Notes under the pieces: model-generated
The model's database searches: none
The model's input: only the letters and a program-made list of their open reading frames with translations
Told to the model about the DNA's origin: nothing
Origin: Octopus sinensis
Lineage: Eukaryota
Length of the DNA: 33,000 bases
Reading direction: 5' to 3'
NCBI RefSeq assembly: GCF_006345805.1
Contig: NC_043005.1
Location: forward strand, 83,266,001 to 83,299,000
Shown here: one piece after another, positions 1-11,705 of the stretch
How the letters are laid out: each line of letters begins with the position of its first letter
Position numbering within the stretch: position 1 is the first letter of the stretch
Made by a program: the position numbers and the translations under genes

Positions 1-22
1 TTCTTAGTAACCGTTCACCCGC

Positions 23-47
23 TTCTCTCTCATTCTCTCCTCTCTCG

Positions 48-118
<71 letters not shown>
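23..118. repeat. (CT)n microsatellite
   Basis: Direct reading: imperfect then pure CT dinucleotide run. Confidence 0.97.
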
Positions 119-120
<2 letters not shown>

Positions 121-884
121 CCGAGTTCAACCATGTGTTCTAGGTTTCTTTTGATTACGGCAAATTTTGCATGAGATTTGGCTTCTATCTCTAGCTAGTT
201 GGTCAACTGCGCAGAGGTTCCAGGAGGGGCTGAATTCTAAACAATTTCTGCCAATATATCTACACTGAAGGCGGTAGCTATAACAATCCGGCTATATAGC
301 AATAACTACGAAGATATCTATAACAAACAGTACAACTATTAACACACGGGATATTAATAACTGGTAAATAGCAGTGACAAACCAGTCAAATATTACTCTC
401 AAACTTGTCTTATTTTTTATTCCTTTTTGTTTTGTTTTTTCTTTCTCATTTCTTAATTTGAGAAACAGAGAGCAAAAGAAAAAAGGGAAATTATAAACCC
501 AACACCTCTAATTAGAGGGAGTGCTTAAATGATTGCTTCTGGTACAGCGCCACACATACACTAATTGATTTCTTAATTTGGCGTGGAGCCTGAATTAATC
601 GACTGTGGCGTCAATTCGTCAAGTGAGTTCCCCACGCATCACTGCATCTGCTATTATATGTTAAATTAATGAGAATTGATCTTCTTGAAGCAAGAGTCGA
701 AAAAGTTGTTGGAGGCCGGTGCCTGCAATGCGGTTTCGATTCACAAGATAAACTCGATTCATTTCAATTGACTGCATTGAGGTGAGGGAGCCTAACAAAT
801 TTAAAATAAAAAGTAATGTCCTTCGAATCAACGAAAAATTCTTCATGCGACCGCTTGACTTGCTGGAAAGAGCAGGAAGATTAA

Positions 885-1030
885 ACTTCAAATCACAATC
901 TACCATCTTAAAAAAATGTCTGACAATGTAGCCATAGATATATAAAAAAAATAATCCGAGATAGTCATGGCTGGAAAGCCTTTGATCATTGGTCTGTTTA
1001 ATCAAGGCTCACCAAGGGCTAAAGAAAAAA
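885..1030 (+). mobile_element. SINE-like interspersed repeat, 3' part ('family C', CAA-tailed)
   Basis: Shares AAATCAC..TACCATCTTAAAAAA, ATAGTCATGGCTGGAAAGCCTTTGATCAT and GGGCTAAA tail motifs with copies at 3225-3320, 3620-3835, 4560-4735 and 29750-29915. Confidence 0.65.
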
Positions 1031-1229
1031 ATTCTTCAAGCAACAAATATTGATTTTTAATTTTTTTTATATATATTTGATACATGACTACTTCTATACA
1101 AGGAAACGATCGATTAAATCGAACCTAGACAGGTTTATCAATCATTGAAAAACGCTAAGTAAAATCGACTCCTGATTCAGAATATAAAGATCCGTGACTA
1201 ATTATCAATTTTCTCATAAAAGGAGTAGA

Positions 1230-1360
1230 CATGGCTGTGTGATTAAAAACCACGTCTCTTCGTGGTTTAATCTCATGATGCGGCATCTTGGGTGTCTTCT
1301 ACTATGGACCCGAGCTGATCAGCGCCTTGTTAGTGAATTTCGTTGATGGAAACTAAACAG

Positions 1361-1361
<1 letters not shown>
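1230..1361 (+). mobile_element. tRNA-derived SINE head ('family A'), degenerate
   Basis: CATGGCTGTGTGATTAA A-box-like start, then CATCTTGGGTGTCTTCTACTAT and GCCTTGTTAGTGAATTTCGTTGATGGAAACT, matching other in-window copies (3053-3211, 6961-7096, 15291-15883). Confidence 0.75.
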
Positions 1362-1842
<481 letters not shown>

Positions 1843-2039
1843 TATATATCACTCTGTGTAAAAACCAGTATCACTGGACCACAACCATGGATTTACAATA
1901 TAGAATGGTGATTAACTATGACCTTAGACACTGCAACAAGGTTACGCGGAGTTCTTTACTAATCTAAACTATATTGTTAGCATGGCGTACTAACATATTT
2001 TGCTCGAATTAATAATCCCTCACTAATAACAATGTATGT

Positions 2040-2230
2040 CTGTGCGTTTATGTGAGTGTGTGTGTGTATGCGTGTATGTGTGTGTGTGAGAGAGAGAGAG
2101 AGAGAGTGCGTGTGTGTAGCGTTTGCTTTTCACCACCGCCACGATCATTTGACAACTGGTGCTAGGTTGCTTATTACAAACCATATTCCAACATGGCCGC
2201 AGACCGATGACTAAGTCAAAGAATAAAAGA
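2040..2230 (+). mobile_element. SINE family A 3' tail remnant with internal microsatellite
   Basis: TTGACAACTGGTGCTAGG ... CCAACATGGCCGCAG..ATGACTAAG..AAAGAATAAAAGA matches the tails at 15680-15883 and, reverse-complemented, 29090-29258. Confidence 0.6.
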
Positions 2231-2335
2231 TTCTATACTGATACCGTTGACCAAAACAAAAAGCCTGATTTCCAATCAAATTGATTAATGCAGTCACGAA
2301 AGATGTATGTCCGAAAAATATCATTTGTATATACA

Positions 2336-2369
<34 letters not shown>

Positions 2370-2439
2370 AGTGTATGTTTGTATCTATGTGTATGTGTGT
2401 GGGTGTTTGTATGTACTTATATGTATATTGGTTTCAAAT

Positions 2440-2634
2440 TTTGCTTGATGACCAACAATTTTGAAGGAGGAGACAATTCGATTACATCGACCTCAGTGCT
2501 CGACTGGTACTTATTTTGTCGACCTTTGAAAGGCAAAAACAACCTCGGCGGAATTTGAACTCAGAACATGAAGTCGGATAAAATACTATTAACCACCTTG
2601 ACCGGCGTGCTGCCGATTCTGCCAACTCGCTGCC
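2440..2634 (-). mobile_element. tRNA-derived SINE ('family B')
   Basis: Reverse complement starts GGCAGCGAGTTGGCAGAATCGGCAGCACGCCGG and contains GAGTTCAAATTCCGCCGAGG (B-box-like) and AAGTACCAGTCGAGCACTGAGGTCGATGTAATCG; homologous to 26708-26937. Confidence 0.85.
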
Positions 2635-2877
2635 ACACACGTTTATGTATATTATTAGTTTCTTTACGCTTAGTTTGAACAGTAGAATTCTTAAATCCAT
2701 ATCCGACGTTTCTAGACTTCCCAGTCTCATTATCAAACTCTGGATAGTGAGAATGTAAAGGTCTAGAAACGTCTAATATATAGTCAGAACTCCAAACCCA
2801 CTGTAAAAAGCTAACAGCCTATGGAAAATATCAAATAAAAATATAAAACTTGAACGTCGTATTTAATGAAACGTATT

Positions 2878-2976
2878 TATTTGTATGTATGTATGTATGT
2901 ATGTATGTATGTATGTATGTATGTATGTATGTATGTATGTATGTATGTGCGTGCATGTATGTGTGTGAGTATTTTT

Positions 2977-3018
<42 letters not shown>

Positions 3019-3052
3019 TACACGCAAACATACATGCATACATACATACATA
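2878..3052. repeat. compound (TATG)n/(TA)n/(TG)n microsatellite abutting a SINE
   Basis: Direct reading; explains five overlapping MYVC/HTYI ORFs. Confidence 0.95.
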
Positions 3053-3211
3053 TACGAACGGCTTCTTTCAGTTTCCATCTACCAAATCCACTCACAAGGC
3101 TTAGGTCAGCCTGAGGCTATAGTAGAAGACACTCGCCCAAATTGCCACTCAGTGGAGCTGAACCCGAAACCATGTGGTTGGGAAACAAGCTTCTTACAAC
3201 ACAGCCACGCC
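3053..3211 (-). mobile_element. tRNA-derived SINE family A head
   Basis: Reverse complement GGCGTGGCTGTGTTGTAAGAAGCTTGTTTCCCAACCACATGGTTTCGGGTTCAGCTCCAC (A- and B-box-like) ... GCCTTGTGAGTGGATTTGGTAGATGGAAACTGAAAGAAGCC. Confidence 0.88.
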
Positions 3212-3619
3212 TGGCCAAGATTTACTAAATGATGGGATGGTCATTTTTAGAATATTTTTGATAATAGGTTTGTCGGATCAGGGTTGACCTGCGGTTAAAC
3301 AACAACAGCAGCAGCAACAAGAATAACATCAAAAATAATTACAGAAATATCAAGTTTATATGTTTTGTTGATTTAGTGCCACTGATAGAAATAACGAAAT
3401 TAAAAAAGAAACAAAACAATTAGTGTTCAGTTGAATTAACTTATAAATTGTTTGGCTATTTTCCATTTGACGTTAGAATAATGTATGCTTCGTCTGAAAG
3501 AAAGTTGAAGAAACATCTAGAAATTTGTGTAGGAGAGTAATATTACGCAGGGCTAGACTTATATCATCTTTACTGCTGCTACCGCTAACAAACGTCCAAA
3601 CGGGGAGATCTCAATGTGG

Positions 3620-3835
3620 TCAATCATCTTGTTAGAAATAGCAGCCAAGTTTTCGGTTAACCACACTCAAGTGTTTTTGGAAAAAGCTATATTTTTTTGG
3701 TGTAGTTCGAGATACCCCATGCCTGAAGAACAGATTGGATGGAAGATCATAGCTGAAACAGTTTTTCCCCATCAAGGCCAGCTTGAAGGGCGAACTTAAA
3801 GCTAAACAACAACGACGACAACAAAAACAACAACA
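3620..3835 (+). mobile_element. SINE-like repeat family C with (CAA)n tail
   Basis: Core GTTAGAAATAGCAGCCAA also occurs at 4568-4585 and reversed near 9297-9314; ends GCTAAACAACAACGACGACAACAAAAACAACAAC. Confidence 0.65.
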
Positions 3836-4027
3836 ATGCTACTTTAATCACTGCCATTAATTGCTGATACTGTTTAAATTGCAAAGAGGTATATTGTGTT
3901 TCTATAACGCATGTCATTAAGTCGTTTTGAAAGATGGTGGAGCAGGCGACGGTTGATTTTATAGCTTAACTTAGCTGCAAGCATGGAATCGCTATGAAAA
4001 GTAAATAAAATTAAGAAATGACTGTAG

Positions 4028-4500
4028 ATGTGGCTTCGAGACTGCATGAATGGTAATTCCCTTCGACTTGATGGTCTGCCTTACGAAGTTTATTCTTCAA
4101 AGATAAACATTTTCCTGCTCGCGTTGATCAGTGCCTAACTCAACATCGGCAACTAACAGCAGACATGGAGCATTCTCAGCTATGTGAGCCAGGATGTGAT
4201 GGAATTACAAATGAAGGGGATAGTTATGGAGGTAGGTTCGACAATTTTAGTTCCATAATTGCTAAACTTAGAGTTAGACATTTTAAGCCAAAGTACTTTC
4301 AAGGAAGTTAGGGGATGTCTTCAGTAAAATTGTCCGTTCTGCACAAACTAGTGCATTTCTAGACAAGGCCATCAAGTACAATTTCCTTGTAGTAGTTAGC
4401 AGAGATGATAGGGATCCTAATTCCAAATTCATATGGTTCAGTCGAGGGTACTCTACAGTGTAGACTATCACCACTAAGAACATGTACTGAAGTTTTCGAC
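4028..4500 (+). pseudogene. degenerate L1/Tx1-type LINE reverse-transcriptase fragment
   Basis: Frames read LRDCMNGNSLRLDGLPYEVY (cf. KSPGLDGLPxEFY), then DNFSSII and, after a frameshift, AKVLSRKLGDVFSKIVRSAQTSAF (cf. NWRPI..AKILANRL..VL..II..DQTGF); stops and shifts present. Confidence 0.75.
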
Positions 4501-4559
4501 CTTACTTCAGGTACTAGATGAAAAGATTTTACAAGAGCAGAAAGTGCTTCAGTGCAATC

Positions 4560-4735
4560 GTCAGTCTGTTAGAAATAGCAGCCAAATATCACTCAACTCA
4601 CAATCACATCCTGCCATCTCCAAAAATAAGAGTACACTTTAGATAATAAGATGCAATAGTCAGATTGGAATATCTTTGAAGGTAGATCTACTGGATCAGA
4701 ATTGGCCTAGATCCAGATAAAAAGAAAACGGCAAT
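4560..4735 (+). mobile_element. SINE-like repeat family C
   Basis: GTTAGAAATAGCAGCCAAATATCACTC..ACATCCTGCCATCT ... GGATCAGAATTGGCCTAG, homologous to other family C copies. Confidence 0.6.
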
Positions 4736-5885
4736 ATGCGCTCGATGGTTCAGGTAACTGGGTACTTATCGGAATCATTTATCTCCTCACAATTTTTTGC
4801 TTATGAATGGATTCCATTGTAACCGCCTTTGTATACTGAGAAAGGCTTTTGCATATAGTATATCTACAGCATCGAGGAATCTATTCTTTCTCCTCCATGC
4901 ACTTTTCATAAGAATATTGATGCCGGACAATGAAAAATTAATGAAATAAATGACATTGAGATTACCCAGTTTATAATAATGGTATCTATTAAGTACACTG
5001 CTTATATCAATGGCATGGAGTTACAAGAAATGCGTGTATTGCATAAAACATTGGTGCTTACTGCTTGTAATAATGGCGTATACTACTTCGCAGCACATAT
5101 TCACAACTGCATAGACAGAGTTATTGTAAGTTAATTGTAAGATAAATATTTATCAGTGACAAAACATCATAACAACATAATGGACAAAACTGTAATTCAG
5201 ATTTCTTCTTAAGGACAAGAAAATGTTTCAATTCTGATCCTCTAAGTACAAAAGCGATTTATATTGTGTTATACATTTTATTCACATAAAAGGGCATTGC
5301 CTCTGCTATATACGCAAGCAAACTAACCCCCATAACGAAATCAATCTAAGATTGGCAAGCTCCATTTACCAAAACTCGAGAACCACAATAGCACAACGGC
5401 TTCTGTTATCCAAACCTAGCAAGTTATGTACCATTTAGTCAACGCCAACATGATCCATCACGTTCCCTCTTTCTCGTCACCCTCTCTATTTTTTTATGTC
5501 TACCTATCTATCGCCCCCAAAATACGTCAACCTTGAGAGTGCTTAAGTTCAAATGCGTTCCAACGACGCTCATATCGTCATTTATTCAGATATGGTGAAT
5601 CTAGGACTACATTAGGCAAAATGCCCCTCCTATGGCGTGGCTGGCATTTCTAGTTGGGGTGAACGACTATATAACTCCCTCGTTGGCTTGACCTATCTTT
5701 GTTTTCTTAATAGCTTGCAAAAGTTCAAATTTTTCAGTCCTCATATAAGCCAACCTTTAAAAAATTGACGCCTTGAAGTTGCGACTGGATTCACGACTAT
5801 TTTCATAAGGTGGCATAGAAGAGAGTACCAGTTTATGGGTACCGTCCCTTCACTGCAGACTATATCGGGATAATATGCTGACATG

Positions 5886-5918
<33 letters not shown>

Positions 5919-6109
5919 GGCTGTCACAAAAGGGACGATGTTACTATTGTTTTAGCCCCAAGAAACATTGTTTCTAGCTAGCTATACGACGCGAAACAAC
6001 ATATGTGGACTAGTTTCTGGGTTGCTGCTCTTTATCAACAGAGAGTAGCTGCTTTGGCCAGATGGCGTTGCTGAATTCACCGTTCAATTATATACTTTTC
6101 TAAGTGACA

Positions 6110-6360
6110 TACAGCCACTGATCAAAAAATAGAAATATTATCATTTCTAAATACAAGGACTAGTTCGACGAGTCGTGTTCTGTCCTCATCTTCGAAACAC
6201 GCTGGAGTTGAACTAGGGACAGCTGATGAAGGGGATTTTTCCTTGTGTAGTTTGTCTAGTACTCTGTTTTTCTTTGTAAAAAAAGGTTCGTTCCATGCTT
6301 GTTTTTACGTTTTCGTTCTCGTTGAGTTCTGCGTCTATTTGTGGTGTCCTGTACTCACGT
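6110..6360 (+). mobile_element. probable Penelope-like element terminal (pseudo-LTR) remnant carrying the hammerhead-like motif
   Basis: Hammerhead-like core followed by a T-rich tail with a direct repeat TGTC(T/C)(A/T)GTACTC near 6254 and 6346, then microsatellite. PLE assignment is an inference from the known PLE-hammerhead association. Confidence 0.4.
6160..6236 (+). ncRNA. candidate non-circularly permuted hammerhead ribozyme
   Basis: CGTGT-T (6174-6179) / GAAACACG (6194-6201) = stem III and core; CTGTCC (6180-6185) / GGACAG (6217-6222) = stem I; CTGATGA (6223-6229); ATCTTC (6188-6193) / GGGGAT (6231-6236) = stem II; extra helix 6160-6169 / 6207-6216. Confidence 0.6.
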
Positions 6361-6551
6361 ATATATATTTATATATGCATGTATATATACATGTAGGTAC
6401 GTACATATATGTATGTATGCATATATTTTATTTATTACACTATTATGTATATATATATAAACAATAAGATATTATAATGATAAATTAATATTATGATATA
6501 TTAATATGAATATAGGTGGCTAATGCAGTTAAAAAGCAAAAATTAAGAATA

Positions 6552-6850
6552 CATAAATAGGGGTGCAAAATAACACTTACAATTGCTAGAAATAAGAGCT
6601 AAAAAATGTAACTCGAATAGCCACACAAAATCACAAAGCTCATGAGATGTTCACAACATCTTTTTCCAGCGACATAAAACTCACTGAATGAAATAATTTG
6701 ATATCTCGCTGGAGAAAGATGTTGTGGCTCGCCGCTCGCAGTCCCTTTGGACATCTTATGAGGTTAGGGATTTTGTGTGGCTATTCGAGTTATACTTTTG
6801 TAGCTCTTACTTCTAGCAATTGTAGGTGCTATTTTACACCCGTATTTATG
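6552..6850. mobile_element. foldback/MITE element (~300 bp) with ~100-bp TIRs plus inner inverted repeat
   Basis: 6552-6653 is the reverse complement of 6749-6850 (e.g. TACAATTGCTAGAA, TAACTCGAATAGCCACACAAAATC). Inner arms 6652-6676 / 6702-6726 differ at 2 positions. Termini CA...TG, left flank TA. Confidence 0.85.
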
Positions 6851-6960
6851 TGTCTGTGTGTGTGCATATATATATATATATATGTATGTATACGTATGTG
6901 TGTATGTATGTATGTATGTATGTATGTATGTATGTATGTATGTATGTATGTGTGATTGTA

Positions 6961-7096
6961 CTACGGACTGCATTCATCCACAAGGCTTTAGTAGGTGCGA
7001 GGATATACTAGAAGACGCCCAAGTTACCACGCAGTAGGCCTGAACCCGGAACCAAGGAACCAATTGGTTGGGAGGCTTCTTACCACACAGCCATGT
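6961..7096 (-). mobile_element. tRNA-derived SINE family A head
   Basis: Reverse complement CATGGCTGTGTGGTAAGAAGCCTCCCAACC..GGTTCCGGGTTCAGGCCTACTGCGTGG..CTTGGGCGTCTTCTAGTAT; preceded by (TATG)n at 6881-6952. Confidence 0.82.
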
Positions 7097-7302
7097 CTGC
7101 ACATATATATTTATATATATGGGAGGTGTAGAAAATATTTACATCTAAACATACACACACATACACAATACAAACGTGAAAACACATATTCCTGTGTGTG
7201 TACACGCGCGCGCGCGTGTGTGTGTTATGTTCGAAATTCTTTCATTATTTTTAATATAACTGCTTTTTATTATTGCAGTCATAATTATTGCAGATTTTAT
7301 AA

Positions 7303-7373
<71 letters not shown>

Positions 7374-7444
7374 CTATCAATCTATCTATCTGTCTGTCTG
7401 TCTGTCTATCTCTAGTTCCCGCTCTTTATATATGTATATATATG

Positions 7445-7517
<73 letters not shown>
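7303..7517. repeat. compound (CT)n-(CTAT)n-(CTGT)n and (GATA)n microsatellites
   Basis: Direct reading. Confidence 0.95.
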
Positions 7518-7518
<1 letters not shown>

Positions 7519-7839
7519 CACATCTCTGTCTAACCTACAATATTGTAAAACCCTGACAACATGAAAATGTTATATGTCCAGATATGCGCACGGTTTCTTT
7601 CTCAGTATGTATGTGTATGTATGTGTGTATACTAGTGTGTGTATTATGTGTATATGAATATATATCATATCGCAAACATGTATGTACATTTATGCATAGA
7701 TATAATTATATATATATATGCATATATACGAGCACACGTGTCTTTGTATGCTTGTGTGTGCAAGAGAGGGAGAGTTTGAAACATGTTTGTCAGCGAGAGT
7801 GTGCGTGTGTGAATATATGTGTATACATAGATTTATATG

Positions 7840-7840
7840 A

Positions 7841-7880
<40 letters not shown>

Positions 7881-7882
7881 AA
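7840..7882. repeat. (GAAA)n microsatellite
   Basis: Direct reading. Confidence 0.95.
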
Positions 7883-8300
7883 AGGATAGCAATGTACAGT
7901 GAAACGAAAGCAGAACAAATAATTAAATAGAAAATAATTACGAGAAAACTTTGTGCGTCGGTGTTTACATACAATTTAATTAAATCTCTCTAAATATTAT
8001 TACAAACTGCAATGTGATTTAATATTTAATTTGAAAGCTATTCATTATACACTTGTATATGTCTGTGTGTATACATATATATACGTTATATACATATACA
8101 TACCTATACATACATATATGTATACGTATATACAAACAAGTATACTTATTAATGCAAGAGCTAATAATTAGCTGTTATCTGCTCTATATTGTGTATTGAG
8201 CGCTATTTCTCCTATTTATACTAATTTTTGTGTGGTGCCTGTATACATATATACATACATGCATACATACATAAGGACAGACACACAGACATAGACACAC

Positions 8301-8331
<31 letters not shown>

Positions 8332-9355
8332 TGTATGTATGCATGTATGTATGTATGTGTGTATGTATATAGTGGAAGAGTTAATAAATACAGAAATATG
8401 ATTAACCGTGTGTATTGAGTTCTGTTTCACCTATTTGTGCATATATGTATGTACTTGAGACACATCTATAGAAATACACAACATTTGACTTGAAAGACAG
8501 GTCTTATTAGACGTTGGTAAATCTAGTTCGCATTGATCAAAGCGGGTCATGCGATAAAATTTGTTGTGAAATACAATTTTTTTTCTGCTAGAATATATGG
8601 GAGACAGACGGGTCAAGCATAACTTTTGTTTGCAAGGGCTTCTACTCTTCGTTATTCTCCTGTGTTTATATAATTTGGTTTATGCTATTTTCCTGGCCGA
8701 TCATTTATAAATGTCCCAGTAAGTAGAATATACGTAGTGATTTTTGCAAAAAGATACTAATGATTACTCAGAGAAGCAGTGTCTGTAGTTATATGCTCTA
8801 CTTAAGTATTGGAGAGTTCTGTCCATGATGTTTCACGATATAGCTTTCCGATCTCCTGTGTAAAACAAGACAGCGAAATATAAATTTACTTTGTCTCTAG
8901 ATCTAGAGATGACCAGAAGTTAGTTATATTGCCCTTGGAATTCGTTAGCAGTGAGTCCTATGAAGTTTCTCTGGTACCATCGGAAGAGGTGAATGTCAAT
9001 ATATATACCATGACTTTGGCAAAACAGAATCTATATAACAACGGCCAACAATCTTGGATTTAACATTTAAACCATTTAGTAGCTATATCAGAATATATTC
9101 TTCAAGAATATATTATGATATATTATAAGAATTATAATATAAGAATCAAATATATTATAAAGATTAAATATGAGGAGCATAGCAAATCCACGCCTCTAGC
9201 TTGTTTGATTTCGTTATTCTTTCTTCTTTTTGCCTATATGAGTTACAAATATTGTTGTCTGTGGAGTCATATTTGTAGTTAAAAGAATTGGCTGTCTTTG
9301 GCTGCTATTTCTAAATTTCCGGTATGTGGTGAAGCAACTTCTTGCTAAACCCTTA

Positions 9356-9397
<42 letters not shown>

Positions 9398-9399
<2 letters not shown>

Positions 9400-10608
9400 G
9401 TGCGATGGGTAAACTGTCGCCATTCTATACGTTTTATTTCGTGCATGCGCGTTGTTTGTTTTTGATTTTGCCGACTACACAGTATAGTAGAGTCAGTTGG
9501 GTATCGTCTGTGAGTAAAACAGCACCATGACGTAATTCACTCTGCCAGAAATTTGGAAACAACATACTGTACTGCTGGGTATTAACGCCGGAAGCTCCAA
9601 TACGAACATTTCAGAGTGTTTGGACATCACTCTGAGGACAGTGCAGAAGATTCGGAAAGAGTTGAATGAGTTTAACAGTGATTATGAAGGCACGGCAGCT
9701 CGGAAAACTTACTCCGATCGTTCTGATAAGAAAAGAACTCCTGAATTTGTTGGTGAGATCCAGGCCATGATTGACAACGATCCCTCCAAGTCAATCAGGT
9801 CCATCACCAGAGACATGGGAGTTTCTGAGTTTTCTTTTTTTTTTTATCAGGCAGGTAGTGCACGGAGACATTCGGAATTCCTCATACAAGATGAGAAAGG
9901 ATCAATTTTTATCCCAAGCCATCAAGGACAAGAGGAAAGACCACGGTACGAAGCTTTTCAACAAACTCAAGCATCCGCTCCAACCGAACATGCGTTGGTA
10001 TTTCTCAGGCGAGAAAAATTTCTACCAGAATCAGATGGTGGACACACAGAGCAACCGTTGGCTAGCTGTGTCCCCCAAAATATGTACCGAGAGCGATAAA
10101 AATCAAACATACAATCAACATCATGGTGTTTCGAGTGATCACTAGTAGCGGCGACGTTAGCCTCCGTTCATCTGCTCACACGGCCTCACAGTCAACACAA
10201 AGGCCTACATCAAGTGCCTGGAGGAGGTAGTGTTGCCCTGGGTCAAGAGGATGGCTGCTGGAAGATCCTATGTCTGGCAACATGACACTGTACCATGCCA
10301 CACAGGCAGGAAAACCCAGTCATGGCTGTCAGACAATCTCTGCGACCACATCACCCCTAACACCTGGTTAACAAACTCTCCAGACAGCAACCTCCTTGAT
10401 TATTATGCGCGGGTGCAGTTGAGTGAGAGACCAACAAAACTCTTTGTAACATCAAAGATGAACTGAAGGTAAGGATTATGGCAGCATTCCCCAACTTAAA
10501 CAAGGAGACCGCCCAGAAGAGTTGCAGGATATTTGGAAGTCGTCTGGAGGCCGTGGTTGAATCCAATGGTGATTTTATTGAATAAATTTACTCTTTAGTA
10601 TTTCAAGA
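9398..10608 (+). mobile_element. Tc1/mariner DD37D (maT-type) transposon copy 1, left end present, right end lost
   Basis: Left TIR-like TGGTGCGATGGGTAAACTGTCGCC resembles the reverse complement of the copy-2 right end; ends abruptly in (TA)n at 10608. Confidence 0.88.
9527..10585 (+). pseudogene. inactivated DD37D transposase
   Basis: HTH region LRTVQKIRKEL; WYFSGEKNF (first catalytic motif, D mutated); WQHDTVPCH...NSPDSNLLDY with 37 residues between the last two Asp; stop at codon 3; T-run frameshift near 9835-9846. Confidence 0.88.
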
Positions 10609-10633
10609 TATATATATATATATATATACATAC

Positions 10634-10727
<94 letters not shown>

Positions 10728-10880
10728 ATATATACAGACATATACATATATATATATATAGAGAGAGAGAGGAAAAAAGATAGATTAGTAGGTAGATAGA
10801 AATAGAGATGCACAAATGTATATGTGTATGTATGTATATATGTATACAAGTACGTGTGCGTATGTCTGTGTGTGTGTGAG

Positions 10881-10912
<32 letters not shown>
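10607..10912. repeat. large compound (TA)n-rich microsatellite
   Basis: Direct reading. Confidence 0.95.
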
Positions 10913-10917
<5 letters not shown>

Positions 10918-11541
10918 CGCAATGTAAACGAGAGGGGTAGGAAAAAATCAAGATGTACACACATGTTAAAATAAAATGCTCCAAACTTTTTCAAGCTGTA
11001 GACATAGTTATACGGCTATGTGATAATAATGAGTAAGAGACCAAAATAATTTATTTATGCACGTCTATAATTTTATTTTATAAAATTCTAAAATTATATA
11101 AGCATATAATTTCGAAATTATAAAACCATAAAATTATAATTAAATATTCAGTTAATAACATGTTATTATGAATATTATGTGAAATTTTCAAGTAAACATA
11201 TTCAGTATCACTGAAGATATATGATCAATTAAAATCAACCATTTTATCTCGACCAGCCTATATATTATCATTAAGTGCCAAAGTCATTTATTTGACATTT
11301 ATGTTTCCAAGATTGATTGAAGCAAGACGTCAGCGACCAGCAGATTGTTGTAAATGTAAATCGAAGGTCTGTGACAGCTTCAATAAAGTATGCTAATATT
11401 ATTATTGCGGAATGATAATTAAATAAAAGTGTATTATAACTGTTTCTGTGGTATTTCAGTCATGACTATCACGTTGCTTTTCTTTTTTTTTTTTTAGTCT
11501 TATTACACTCACATAAAATATTACTTGCAACTTAAGAATAC

Positions 11542-11705
11542 ACACATATCAACACACACATTCACACACACACACACACATTCACACACACACATTCACA
11601 CACACACATTCACACACACACATATTCACACACACACACACATTCACACACACACACACACACACACTCATCCACATACACACACACACTCATCCACACA
11701 CACAT
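11542..11705. repeat. CA-rich low-complexity repeat with recurring CATTCACACA units
   Basis: Direct reading. Confidence 0.9.

Noticed and set aside
661-1005. 114-aa minus-strand ORF
   Set aside because: No recognisable domain, and its first third overlaps a family C interspersed repeat.
4103-4231. Apparent symmetric 129-bp exon (AG...GT, DKHFPARVDQCLTQH...)
   Set aside because: It lies inside the L1/Tx1 RT remnant, whose motifs are in other frames on both sides; best explained as a chance frame.
9084-9122. AT-rich 19-bp-arm palindrome
   Set aside because: Lies in low-complexity AATATATT-rich sequence where such symmetry arises by slippage.
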